Below, one piece after another: positions 36,101 through 49,765 of a stretch of DNA of 64,000 nucleotides (position 1 is the first letter of the stretch; each line of letters starts with the position of its first letter). The DNA is taken from contig NC_069000.1 of the NCBI RefSeq assembly GCF_001194135.2, forward strand, positions 41,539,964-41,603,963, read 5' to 3'. The position numbers were made by a program, and so were the translations under genes. The stretch is from Octopus bimaculoides. Its lineage: Eukaryota. The notes under the pieces are model-generated. The model did not search any database. It was given only the letters and a program-made list of their open reading frames with translations, and was not told the origin of the DNA.

Positions 36101-39100
36101 GGGTTGTTCTTTATTTTCAGATTAATATATTTACACACACACACACACACACATGCATGCATGCATGTGCGCAAAGAGCAAGATGTTGAAGAATCATGAG
36201 AAGTCTTACGTGATATCATCCTGGCAGAGTGAGTACAACATCTGGCAAACTGATATTTTCATCTGGAAATGAACAGAAAAATTAAATGCATGAGCAAAAC
36301 AGATCAAGAAATAATGTTAGATTTTGTTAAGCTGGGAACTGTTATAGAGAGCTTTACAAAACTATATTATTAATATTATTCATCGTTACTTGCACACTAC
36401 AAGACAGATCTGTAATGATGGCTTGCATGGAAAAGCTACGGATTGGTGAAGAGAAGCTGTCAGCTGCAGCTGCGAAAAAGCAAGTCTGACGTAAGGGATC
36501 GACAGCCGACAGACCAGAATCCACACAGATGCGACCTACGCAGCCAAGACTGTCATTCTCACATTAGTCTCCATAGCCACGGGAAGCACTGCTCAAGCCG
36601 AGCAGCCCAACCAAGACAATAAATGGACGGATGTGATACCCATGGCCAGCCATGACCGATGGTGGCCTTAGAGATCATCATCGTCGTCATCGGCGGCAGC
36701 GTTGTATGGTGACAAGATGGCAGAATCATTAGCACACAGGACAAAATGCTTAACAGTATTTCAACCATCACTATGTTCTGAGTTCAGATTCTGCTGCAGT
36801 CAACTTTGCCTTTCATCCTTTCGGGGTTGATAAAGTACCAGTGAGACACTGGGGTCGATGTAATCGACTAGTTCCCTCCCCACAAATTTCAGGCCTTGTG
36901 CCAATAGTAGTAAGGATTATTATTATTATTATTATTATTTTCATTATTATGTTAAGGCGAAAAGCTGGCAAAATGCTTAGTGGCATTTCGCCCATCTTTG
37001 CATTCTGAGTTCAAATCTCACCCAGGCTGACTTTGCATTTCATCGGTTCTGAGGTCAAAGAAAATAAGTACCAGTTACGCACTGGGGTCAATGCAATAAG
37101 CTATTCTCCATCTCCAAAATTTCAGGCCTTGTGCCAATAGNNNNNNNNNNNNNNNNNNNNNNNNNNNNNNNNNNNNNNNNNNNNNNNNNNNNNNNNNNNN
37201 NNNNNNNNNNNNNNNNNNNNNNNNNNNNNNNNNNNNNNNNNNNNNNNNNNNNNNNNNNNNNNNNNNNNNNNNNNNNNNNNNNNNNNNNNNNNNNNNNNNN
37301 NNNNNNNNNNNNNNNNNNNNNNNNNNNNNNNNNNNNNNNNNNNNNNNNNNNNNNNNNNNNNNNNNNNNNNNNNNNNNNNNNNNNNNNNNNNNNNNNNNNN
37401 NNNNNNNNNNNNNNNNNNNNNNNNNNNNNNNNNNNNNNNNNNNNNNNNNNNNNNNNNNNNNNNNNNNNNNNNNNNNNNNNNNNNNNNNNNNNNNNNNNNN
37501 NNNNNNNNNNNNNNNNNNNNNNNNNNNNNNNNNNNNNNNNNNNNNNNNNNNNNNNNNNNNNNNNNNNNNNNNNNNNNNNNNNNNNNNNNNNNNNNNNNNN
37601 NNNNNNNNNNNNNNNNNNNNNNNNNNNNNNNNNNNNNNNNNNNNNNNNNNNNNNNNNNNNNNNNNNNNNNNNNNNNNNNNNNNNNNNNNNNNNNNNNNNN
37701 NNNNNNNNNNNNNNNNNNNNNNNNNNNNNNNNNNNNNNNNNNNNNNNNNNNNNNNNNNNNNNNNNNNNNNNNNNNNNNNNNNNNNNNNNNNNNNNNNNNN
37801 NNNNNNNNNNNNNNNNNNNNNNNNNNNNNNNNNNNNNNNNNNNNNNNNNNNNNNNNNNNNNNNNNNNNNNNNNNNNNNNNNNNNNNNNNNNNNNNNNNNN
37901 NNNNNNNNNNNGCGTACCTTCCTTCATTGGACACTAAACTTCACTTGCGAAGACCTGTTGAGGCAAGTGAAATCGAAATCAAGTTAAATTGGACACTAAA
38001 CTCCACTTGCAATGACCTGTTGAGGCAAGTGAAATCGAAATCGAGTTAAATTCGACGACTGGCACCCATGCCAACATCGTCTCTTTCATTGGACACGAAA
38101 CTCAGTATACACACACACACAACGTATGAACACATGTATACACACACAATGTATACACACATGCACACATACATGCATGCACATGTATGCACACACACGC
38201 ATATGCACATGTATACACACACATACATGCATACACACATGTATACACAAAACTCATGCATACATGTATACACACACACAGTCATGCATGCACACACACA
38301 CACACACTTGGAAGAAAGAGTCAAAGTGTCAAAATATTGGGTTGTCCGGAAAGTTCATGCCGATTTATAGTAGCTTACCTTTCGACTTATTTGCCAAGAA
38401 ACCACCTCAGTTCTGGGAAGGGTATTTTCTAGTTAAAGGAAAGATGGAGACGCATTGTGCAACAAAATGGTTCATATTTGGTTGATTAAAAATGTAATGG
38501 CAAGTATTTATTGATCTTTTTCTTTCCTCTAAAAATCAGCACAAACTTTCCAGACAACCCAATAGTTATTTACCAACGTACCTGTCTGTAAAACTGTGCA
38601 AATCTGGAACCAGTTGTAACACTGCTTGGAGGATGGCCTCGTCTTTGTTCTAAGAAACCAGTAAGAAACGGTTATGATATTAGGGAACATGAGTGACAGA
38701 AAGAGATGATTAAGGCTTTGTTTATATTGTTCGTTAATTATATGTATGTATGTATGTTTGTATGTGTATATATATATATATATGTTCTTCTATTCTTTTA
38801 CTTGCTTAACTCATTTGACTGTGGCCATACTGAAGCACTGCCTTTAGTCGACCTCAGGACTTATTCTTTGTAAGTCTAGTACTTATTCTATTGGTCAGTT
38901 TTGCCGAACTGCTAAGTTACAGGGACATAAACACACCAACATCGGTTGTCAAGCAATCATGGGACACACACACACATATATATACAGATGATGGGCTTCT
39001 TTAAGTTTCTGTCTACCAAATCCACTCANNNNNNNNNNNNNNNNNNNNNNNNNNNNNNNNNNNNNNNNNNNNNNNNNNNNNNNNNNNNNNNNNNNNNNNN

Positions 39101-39456
39101 NNNNNNNNNNNNNNNNNNNNNNNNNNNNNNNNNNNNNNNNNNNNNNNNNNNNNNNNNNNNNNNNNNNNNNNNNNNNNNNNNNNNNNNNNNNNNNNNNNNN
39201 NNNNNNNNNNNNNNNNNNNNNNNNNNNNNNNNNNNNNNNNNNNNNNNNNNNNNNNNNNNNNNNNNNNNNNNNNNNNNNNNNNNNNNNNNNNNNNNNNNNN
39301 NNNNNNNNNNNNNNNNNNNNNNNNNNNNNNNNNNNNNNNNNNNNNNNNNNNNNNNNNNNNNNNNNNNNNNNNNNNNNNNNNNNNNNNNNNNNNNNNNNNN
39401 NNNNNNNNNNNNNNNNNNNNNNNNNNNNNNNNNNNNNNNNNNNNNNNNNNNNNNNN

Positions 39457-39501
<45 letters not shown>

Positions 39502-42500
39502 CAATAATAATAATGATAATAATAATAATAATAATGATAATAATAATAATAATAATAAGCCAGACATAGTCTTAATTGAGAAAAAAAGCAAACTATGCTG
39601 GACCATAGATATAGTATGCCCTGCTGACAACAAGGTATGCAATAAGGAAGAAAGAAAAGTCGATAGATATGACAGGTTAGCTTGGGAGGTTAAGCAGTTG
39701 TGGTCGATGAAAAAGGTGGTAGTAGTACCAATAATTATTGGAGCCCTGGGAACAGTGAGTAAAAATCTTGAGAAGTACATGGAACAAATAGGGGCTGCAA
39801 TGAGGGTGGAGCATTTGCAGAAAACAGCACTACTTGGAACCACTTGAATACTCCGGAAGGTGCTTGAAAAATAAGGGGTATTACCTTAGTTCACTGGTAG
39901 TGAAGATGCTGACACCGTAGTACATCTCTAGCATTAGAAGCTGTGCCAAGGCAATAATAATAAATAATAATAATAATAATATTTTATAAGATTGAGGTAA
40001 CTCCTCCAGAAGATATAGAAGCAAAAAAAAAAGAAGAGTGCCATTGTTATCAAGTGAACGATATTTCGACATCTCGTGTGTCTTCCACAGGTTCAAAAAA
40101 TAAACATGTCAATCTACTTCATTTTTGTCAGAGTCAAAAGTCTTGTGTACTGACTCCTCAGCCCTTGTTTGGTGAGTCACTTAAATCAGCTCTGAATGAG
40201 CAGATCTATGAACAAGGATGTTGAACTACATTACTATACATCTAATAAACACTTCCCTTGCTTGAGACAGGAAGGTATGATTCGATGGAGATTTAGCTAC
40301 TACTTCAAGAAGGTCAAGCAGCCACATAATGGTTCCCTTAGCGTCCCACTGGCTCTGGACAGCCAACTGTAGTTCTCAATGTAGAACCACAGAAGAAGAT
40401 AAGTTGTTTTACAGCAGAGCAACACTTCTCTTGATCTCTTACTTTCTTTCTACATACATACATACATACAGGAAGAAACCTGTGGAAGAAATAGACCCAG
40501 GAACCTCATGAGACAAGGAGGCAAGGCTTGATCTTCAGATGCTGGGTTTCACAAAGGTGGTGACAAGTGATCGAGACATATTGGCAATTAGCTGTGCCTC
40601 AGAGGACACATCAAGCCAAGCAAAATCGTAGTCGTGGTTAGTGCTAGTGGCACATAAGAGGCATCCACTACACTCTGTGGAATAGTTGCCACGAGGAAGG
40701 GCATCCAGACATAGAAGTCAAGCGAAATCAAACAGGGGTCTGATACAGCTCTCCAGCTTACCAGTCCCAGTGCTGGCAGTTCAAGAGCCAAATGAAGGGC
40801 AGATTTTCAATCCCAGGATCATCCTGATTCCAAAAGGATATACTATGTCTATGGAAAGCAAATGTAAGCTGAGATACAGGGGTACCAGACAGACAGAATT
40901 TCACTTTTATTATTATAGATATACCTCGTGTACTCACCAAGCTTTGGTTGGCCTGGGACTAGAGTAAAAAACACTTGCCCAAGGTGCCAAGGACTGAACC
41001 TGAAACAATGTGGTTGTGAAGCAAATTTCTTAACAGCACAGCCACACCTGTGTCTATGATTGACTAAATCTTCAAAGGTAGAGCCCAGGGTAAACACAGT
41101 CCAATAGCTGGGACAAATAAAAGAATAGAACAAAAGAATATACCTTCGGTGTTGACAGAGTCCTTTGAGGATTGTTATTAGGGTGTTAAAGATAACCAGG
41201 TCTTCTGTGTAGTTTAACAGTTTGAGCAGGCTTTCAGGGTATCTGTGTGCAATGAGTCTCTCAGGATACCTGGCAACAATGAAATTAACAAAAGGATTTN
41301 NNNNNNNNNNNNNNNNNNNNNNNNNNNNNNNNNNNNNNNNNNGGTAATCGTTATGTCCACTTTTTCCATGCTTACATGAGTCAGACAGTTTATTGAGGCA
41401 GATTTTCTTGGGCCAGATGCCCTTTCTGTCATCAACCCTTATCTGTTTCCAAGCAAGGTAATATTTCCCCCATGGTCAGACAAGTTTTTATACGTGATTT
41501 CAAATGAAAGTCATTCATTTACAATTATAGTATAATGTCAACACATACACACATAAATATACTTATTTATACAATGGGCTTCCTTCAGTTTTCATCAACC
41601 ATTCCGAGAGCACCCATTATGCTCTCGGATTGGTTGGTGTTAGGAACGGCATCCAGCTGTAGAAACCTTGCCAGATCAGATTGGAACCTGGTGCAGCCTT
41701 CTGGCTTGCCAGTCCTCAGTCAAATCATGGAAAGTGGACACATGATGATGAAGATGAAACCCATTCACAAGGCTTTGATTGGCCCAGGGCATCAATGGGA
41801 TTGAACCCAGAACTATGTGGTTAGGAAGCAAACTTCTCAACAACACAGTTATGCTTGTATCTAAAAGTTACCCCTCAAAAATTATGTTAACCTCAAAGTA
41901 ATTAACGAACAAGAATGTTGTCACCTATTTTTCTGACCAGTGGTCTCATCCTTCTCCTGTCTACTGTTTCACCATTATTATTCTGCTGCCCAATATTGTC
42001 ACTCATCTTCTACTCCCCAACCCATTGCTCTTCAGCTTCCCTTGATCACTCCCACCCTCTCTTCTGAAATGTGAGTAATCATGTAGCTTCTCTACAGCAA
42101 GAAACTTGTTCCGCTTCGGTTCCTTCTCTTATACTTTTCATCTACTTAAATAAAGTTTCCCTTTCTGAGGTTCGTACTCCTGTAAACTGTACAATAACCT
42201 TGCTAGTGCTGGTGGCAGGAAAGAAGCACCCAGCACACACAATGTTCAGTGGTTGGCATTGGGGAGACATCCAGCTGTAGAAACGATGTGAAAGCAGACA
42301 CTGGAGCATGATACAGCTTTTGGGCACATCGGATCCTCTCAAACAATCTGACACACGCCATCTTGGAACACAGATGTTAAATAATGACGATGAGGGAGAG
42401 ATAGAGAGTGAATAAATGAATACAAGTGTTGGCTGTCATCATGCAGCCCTTATGTTTGTCAGAGCTTGGTGGTTCTTGTTGTGGCCTCTTCATATTAGAT

Positions 42501-45500
42501 GGCTCTAGCCCTCCACATCAGTTATTAGTGAACAGCACTTGATGTGACACATGGTGCATTCGGTTCTCTCTTGTCTGTCATTAACTACGCCTTCTCTCTG
42601 TCTGTGACTGTGTGATTGTCTTTTTTTTTTTTTTATAAACTGTGTTTAGCTCACTCACGATTTGACTGATTTGTAATCTACAAGTTTTGATTGGTCAGTA
42701 TTTTTGCTGGAGTCAGCCAATGAAATTGATGTATAGTTTTTGAAAGTCATTGATAAGTTATACTGTTTTTTCATGACATCATCAGTAAATCTGTTTAACA
42801 ACTAAGTTATTTTACTAAATTCTTCAGTATTTTCAGAGTTAATTATGACAAAGGCAGTGTATTTCAACAAAAATATGGTAACAAAAGGGTTAAAGTGATC
42901 TAAATTCATCAAAATGTCATGCTAATTTATGCTTCAAATCCCCACATAATAAAGGACAAAATCATTAAACTAAATTCTTCATTATTTTCAAAATTAATTG
43001 AAACAAAAGCAGTGTATTTGAAAAGAAATATGGGAACAAAAGGGTTAAATTAAAACCTTCTATCAAAATTTCATGCAAATTTAAGTTCCAAATGCCAGCT
43101 TAATCATATACAACAATGACAAAATTATTTTGCTAAATTTTTAAGTATTTGCTAAATTAATTGAAACAAAGTCAGTGTATTTCGATAGAAATGAAGTAAC
43201 AAATGGGGTATTTCATTATTGAATCTACCTTTGTATACAGATACAGTTTATTTTTATGTTATGTCAGAGTCTTTATTTAGCACCAAGGTAATCCCCTAGG
43301 GTTCAGTCGCTAAGAATTCAATCCCAAAGCAGGTAACACTGGTTTACATGATTACTAGTAACTAGCAGACAATTTCTGATCTGACCTGATGAGCAACTGA
43401 CTTTCTAGAAGAGGAGAGAAGGGAAAAAGCAAAGGAGAAGCATTGGACACCTACTTGAGACAGACTTTTGTGTATTTTCCAAGCAAGTTAGCAGTGAGTT
43501 TAAGTCCCGACTTGTCCTGTAATAAAAATAGAAAGCAACATTATTGTCATCCAGATCCAGCAAATCTAAGCTCATAGACGTTCCATCTGTGACCATCCTA
43601 TCTTTTTCTCATCAGATATAGTGTATCTGAGACCACATTATCCATTGTCCACTTCTCTTTATTAAATAACAGGCTGCTATTTCTAGCAAGATTAACAACC
43701 ATGTAGAGGATCCCACATTGGTTGATGCAGTTAAAAAGATAAGGGAATGGGAAAGGGGGTTAAATTTTTATATAAAGGTTATATTTTAGGGGACAGCTTA
43801 GCTGTTTTATTAAGGAAGAGAGGATAATATTTTAAGGAATGACTATTTTAGGTAAGGATGGCTATATTTTAAGGAAAGGCTATATTATAAGGGCAAGGGC
43901 TATATACTAAAGGGAGAGCTATATTTTAAGGGAAGAGTTATATGTTAAAGGAGGGATAAATTATAAGGGAAGATTCTATTTTAGAGGAAAGTTATATTTT
44001 AAGGGGAGCTTGTATTGTAGGAAAGAGCTATATTTTAAAAGGATCTATATTTTAAGGGGAGGGTTTATTTTAGGAGAGGGCTACATTTTAGGGAAGTGGA
44101 CTGCTCAAAATTACATGCTGTTGTGTCTAGAAATCGAACCCTAACCACTGGGCCACATGCTAAGGTAAAGGTTGACCTACATCAGGATAGAGGTAGGAAA
44201 AAGAGAAAAAGTCTTTTTAGAACAAACATGAAATATATGATAATAGCAACAGCAACATCAACACTGAATGACAACAACAATAAGAACAGCAACAACTACA
44301 ACAAATGACAATTATAGCAAAAAGAAAAATGAAGGAACAAACAATAATAAGTAAAACAATTGTCATGACAAAAACAAGAACAACAAATGACAATGATGGA
44401 AACAGCAAAGACAATGGGACAACAACAAATAAAACAACAATAAACAATGACAACAACTTTATGACAAGGAAAAGTCAAAATGAAACCAAAAAAAAAAAAA
44501 AGAAGAAAGTAATACGTGTTACCTTGGTGTGTGATCTACAACTTAAAAGGGTAATTACTTTAGGTTATATTTTAGTTTACTTTTCAATTTCTAGAAAACC
44601 CTTAACCCTTTCATTACCAATCCGGATGAAACCGGTTCTGGCTCTGAGTACAAATGTCTTCTTTTCAAAAGTTCTGAATTAAAATCTTCCACCAAACCTT
44701 AGTCACAATTTATGTTCCTAACACTAGCTGAATGATAACTAAGTTATTTTACTAAATTCTTTGTTATATTTAAAATTAATTGAAAGAAACACAGAGCATC
44801 TCAACAGAAATATGATAACAAAAGGGTTAAAATATNNNNNNNNNNNNNNNNNNNNNNNNNNNNNNNNNNNNNNNNNNNNNNNNNNNNNNNNNNNNNNNNN
44901 NNNNNNNNNNNNNNNNNNNNNNNNNNNNNNNNNNNNNNNNNNNNNNNNNNNNNNNNNNNNNNNNNNNNNNNNNNNNNNNNNNNNNNNNNNNNNNNNNNNN
45001 NNNNNNNNNNNNNNNNNNNNNNNNNNNNNNNNNNNNNNNNNNNNNNNNNNNNNNNNNNNNNNNNNNNNNNNNNNNNNNNNNNNNNNNNNNNNNNNNNNNN
45101 NNNNNNNNNNNNNNNNNNNNNNNNNNNNNNNNNNNNNNNNNNNNNNNNNNNNNNNNNNNNNNNNNNNNNNNNNNNNNNNNNNNNNNNNNNNNNNNNNNNN
45201 NNNNNNNNNNNNNNNNNNNNNNNNNNNNNNNNNNNNNNNNNNNNNNNNNNNNNNNNNNNNNNNNNNNNNNNNCGGCAGGGGATGGTGGCGAACCCTGCTG
45301 TACTCTTTCATCACAACTTTCTCTCTCTCTTACTTCCTGTTTCTGTTGTGCCTGTAATTCAAAGGGTCAGCCTTGTCACACTGTGTCACGCTGAATATCC
45401 CCGAGAACTACGTTAAGGGTACACGTGTCTGTAGAGTGCTCAACCACTTGCACGTTAATTTCACGAGCAGACTGTTCCGTTGATCGGATCAACTGGAACC

Positions 45501-46426
45501 CTCGACGTCGTAAGCGACAGAGTGCCAACAACACCTTATTATCATTTACAAAGACATAAATGAAACATAGTTTTATTATTATTATTATTAAAAAGTAAGA
45601 ATGTTGAAAAAATACCTTTACAATGCTAAATATGTACAAAAGAATTTATAAAAAATTTGTATAGCAATTTGATAATTTGAATAACTTTATCAATGAATTG
45701 AGTGAACATCTGCTAGAAATGCAAGAACATCTTAAGGGTTTTTAGAAATTGAAAAGTAAACTAAAAAGTGACAAAGTGTTCACTCTTTAAGTTATAGATC
45801 ACGTACCAAAGTAGCATCAGGCAATACCATCTTGGTGTTATTTGAACTTACTTCCTTCCAATACAGGACACAGCATATTGTGACAAGCTTGTCAGCCGAA
45901 GGAGTGAATATCTGGAAAGCTGTTTCGGACTCTTCAAACACCGGCTTTAAAAAATTAGAAATAAAAAAACAAAATACATAAATTCATACAGTGGGGTCCT
46001 ACATATACAAACATAATCTATTTCTTCACCTTGGTCATTAACCAAATTGTTTGTTACATGAATAACTGAAATACATATAAATAGAGGTAATCTATTCCAT
46101 GTCACACCCAACTGCACAGGTAATGGGGAATGGTATGGAGAGTCTGAGAATTAGGCCTTGGCATATGTATGTATTATTAAGCTGGAACACAATTAACACA
46201 AATTAACATTTTGATGGAAGACTATAATTTAGATCACTTTTAAAACAGTAAGTTTGTATCCCAGGACCAAGGACAGTCTCATGTAGGCTGGTATTAGGAT
46301 AGGTTAAAAATATGGAGCACACATATATGACAGGAATTAAGTGGTGGCTTGAAGTAATCTCACCTGAACATAACCATCTCTGGACACTGCTTTCTTCCAG
46401 TTGACCAACTGCTGACCCACACTGTG

Positions 46427-46479
<53 letters not shown>

Positions 46480-49400
46480 CAGCATCAACATCATCATCAT
46501 CATCATCATCATTACAGTCTTCAGAGCCAGCTGTTGCTGTATTATCCAGCAGTTCTACAGCATACGATGGATAGCCATCTGTTTCAACATCATCCTTTCC
46601 AATGATGTCATTGTCATTATTGTTTGGTGCACAGGGTGACACAACCTGAAACAGCAAGAGGAACACTACATCATTATCATCATGCTACCACCACCGCCGC
46701 TGCCACTACCATCATTCACCACCACCACCACCACCACCACCGTCACCCCTACCATCATTTCCACCACAATCACTACTACCATCACCAGCATCACCCCCAC
46801 ACAACACACTTCCATATCCACCACCACTACATCATTTTTCCCATCACTAGCACACCCATCATCATAATCACTATTATCGTCTTCTTCACAGTTGCCACCA
46901 CTAACGACATCATCATCATCATCATCACTACCTGTCCCATCATCATCACAGCCAATGTTATTATCATCTCCTCCACTCGCACCATTTACTCAACTGTGCT
47001 TCATAACAGAAAAAGAAACATCAACTGGATCGGTTTCAAACCTGTGTTAGGACTTCATCAGCAACCATATACATGCTCCAACTGTCTGTGTCTGGGGAGA
47101 TATCACTTGTGAACCCAGTATTAACACGGTCTTAAGTAAATCAGAGAGATTAAGTTTGTGAGGTAGTGGATTTAGACCAAAGAGCATGTAAGTTTTGAAA
47201 AAGAAGATGATCTCCTGTGTGCCAGTGGGTGTGAGTGATAGGGGATCTGGTGTTGGGAGCTAAGCTGGAGACCAAGAGACATTGAGTAGAGAAATCAGCT
47301 GAGCAGAAATGGCAAGAGACAGGTGACCTGTTTCCAAGACAGATGTTTCTGATGTCCTCTGCAAATCTGTCAGACAATCAATAGCCATATTTGTCAAATG
47401 TGGATCAAATTACAGGGGAAAACACCAGAGCACACATATATAGCATTTAAACTGGCCATATCCAGTTCAAATATTCCACCGCTTGCAAGTTACTTGATGA
47501 CCCCCAGTCCACACTGTCAAGTTGGTGTTTGGAAGAGCATCCGCCTGTAAAAACCATGCCAAAAAACAGGCCTCAAAAAAAAAAAAAAAACAGGTACCAG
47601 TGCCACATAAAAGGCACTCAGTCCATTCTGCAAAATGGTTGGCATTAGGAAAGGCATTCAAAACCCTGCCAAAACAGACAGTGAAGCCTGGTACAGTCTT
47701 CTGCCTAGCCAGCTCCTGTTAAACGATCCAGCATGGAAAATGGACATTAAATGATGATGATGATGATGCACATGCTCAAACCAACCAGATCCAGCTTCTC
47801 ATACCGACACTACATTGTCATTTTAAAAATAAACAATCATACTGAAACCACAAAGTAACAAGATAATGCATGATTAATTCAAAACATTTGACAGAGTAAT
47901 CTGAATGCTAAAGGGTTAAAAAACATAAACCCTTGGTTCGAAGGTGGAATATGAGGCTATGGGAATTCATGTGGACAATTTTAGCAATACAGAGGTTGAA
48001 ATATGCTTACCTTTAGGGTCAAGATTTTGTTCTGTCCATCAAGGGATTGTGTGAGATTGGTAAACAATTCTGAGCTTTCACTGAATGAATGGCCTGTGTA
48101 GCAGGGCATGAATAAATAGATATATACACAGAGGAATTATTTAACGATCACTACCATCACAATAATAATAATAACAACAACAATAATATTAATAATCCTT
48201 TCTGCTATAGGTACAAGGCCTGAAATTTGTGGGGAGGGAGTAAGCTAATCATATCGACTGCTACTTAATTTATAAACTCCGAAAGGATGAAAGGCAAAGT
48301 CAACCTTGGCAGAATTTGAACTCAGAACATAGAGACGGATGAAATGCCACTAAGCTTTTCACCCAGCAAGCTAACAGTTCTGCCAGCTTGCTGCCCTAAT
48401 AATAATGATAATGATAATAATAAAGGATTCAAATTTTGGCACAAGACCTGCAATTTTGAGAGAGGGGCTAAGTCAATTACATCAACTCCAGTGCATAGCA
48501 GGTACTTATTTTATCAACCCCAACAATTTCTAATGTAGCCTGAAGGAGAAGGTTAAACTCAGAACTTAAAAATATATAAACTAATGAACACTAGCATATA
48601 AATGGTATTAGATTAATTGAACCCCTTAAGTGACAAAAGAAAAAATGGATAAATAAAAAAAAATTTTAATGGGCAATGCTAACTTTATCCCACGTGGGTG
48701 GGATTTGAACTTAGGAAATCTTGAAATGGAACATAAAACAGAAAACCAATAAAAGAAAGTAAAGAAGCAGTGTTAATAGTTTACCTGGCACTGGGCTGAT
48801 ATGAGCCAGGTGGCACCTGATCGCCTGAGCAGGGAGGCACATGAGCTGCTGTGACATGGTTCGAAGATCACTCAGTGGCACCGTGCCACAGTAACCATGG
48901 TCGACAAAATGGACATCGGCTTCGCTGTCAGTCACCTTCGTCAGCCGTACTCTGTGCCACCTGAATGTGGAAGGAGACACAGTTGTGGCATTTCATTATC
49001 AGTGTATAAAATTATCATTTGACTTATATACTTATTTCTTATACACTTTCTCCTCAACTTACGACCTACCTGACTTATGACCATCCACACTTAAGACCAC
49101 AAAAAATAGAAAATCCATTTTCGGACATTGGGCAGCCGCACGTATGACAATTATGGCAGCATCTGGCAACCCCTCAGATTACTGCCAGCCACTGTCTCTC
49201 ACTCAGTTGCTCTCAAGCATCAGTTGCATTTGAATGAAAATAGTATTGAATGAAAATAGTATTGAATGAAAATAGTATTGAATGAAAATAGTATTGAATG
49301 AAAATAGTATTGAATGAAAATAGTATTGAATGAAAATAGTATTGAATGAAAATAGTACATTGGCCTGAGGTTATAGTAGAAGATGGCTCATCAGTCATCC

Positions 49401-49667
49401 TCCAAAAGATCAATTTCATGCTTATAACGAGGATAGGAGGCCGGTGCCCACCCCTACTCATTTAATGAGACCTAGACTACATAGTCAGACAGAGAGTGAC
49501 CTCTTTCACTTACAGAGAATCAGACCAGATGGCCAAACAGTGCAGTCCTTCTGTCCAGTCACGTTTCGGTTGAGGTTTAGTTTCTTTCCGAACACTCTCC
49601 TGAATCTTCTCCATCAATTCGCTGAGGCTGCATGTAAAAGGAGAGAAAGAGTGTCGTAAATTAGATA

Positions 49668-49765
<98 letters not shown>

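Noticed and set aside
40091-40171. Plus-strand AG...GTGAGT exon-like segment antisense to TDRD12
   Set aside because: No partner exons or recognisable protein; expected by chance.
47042-47130. Exon-like segment on the minus strand (DRVNTGFTSDISPDTDSWSMYMVADEVLTQ)
   Set aside because: It is open only as phase 1 to 0, while the flanking exons join cleanly 0 to 0. Its AAG acceptor is weak.
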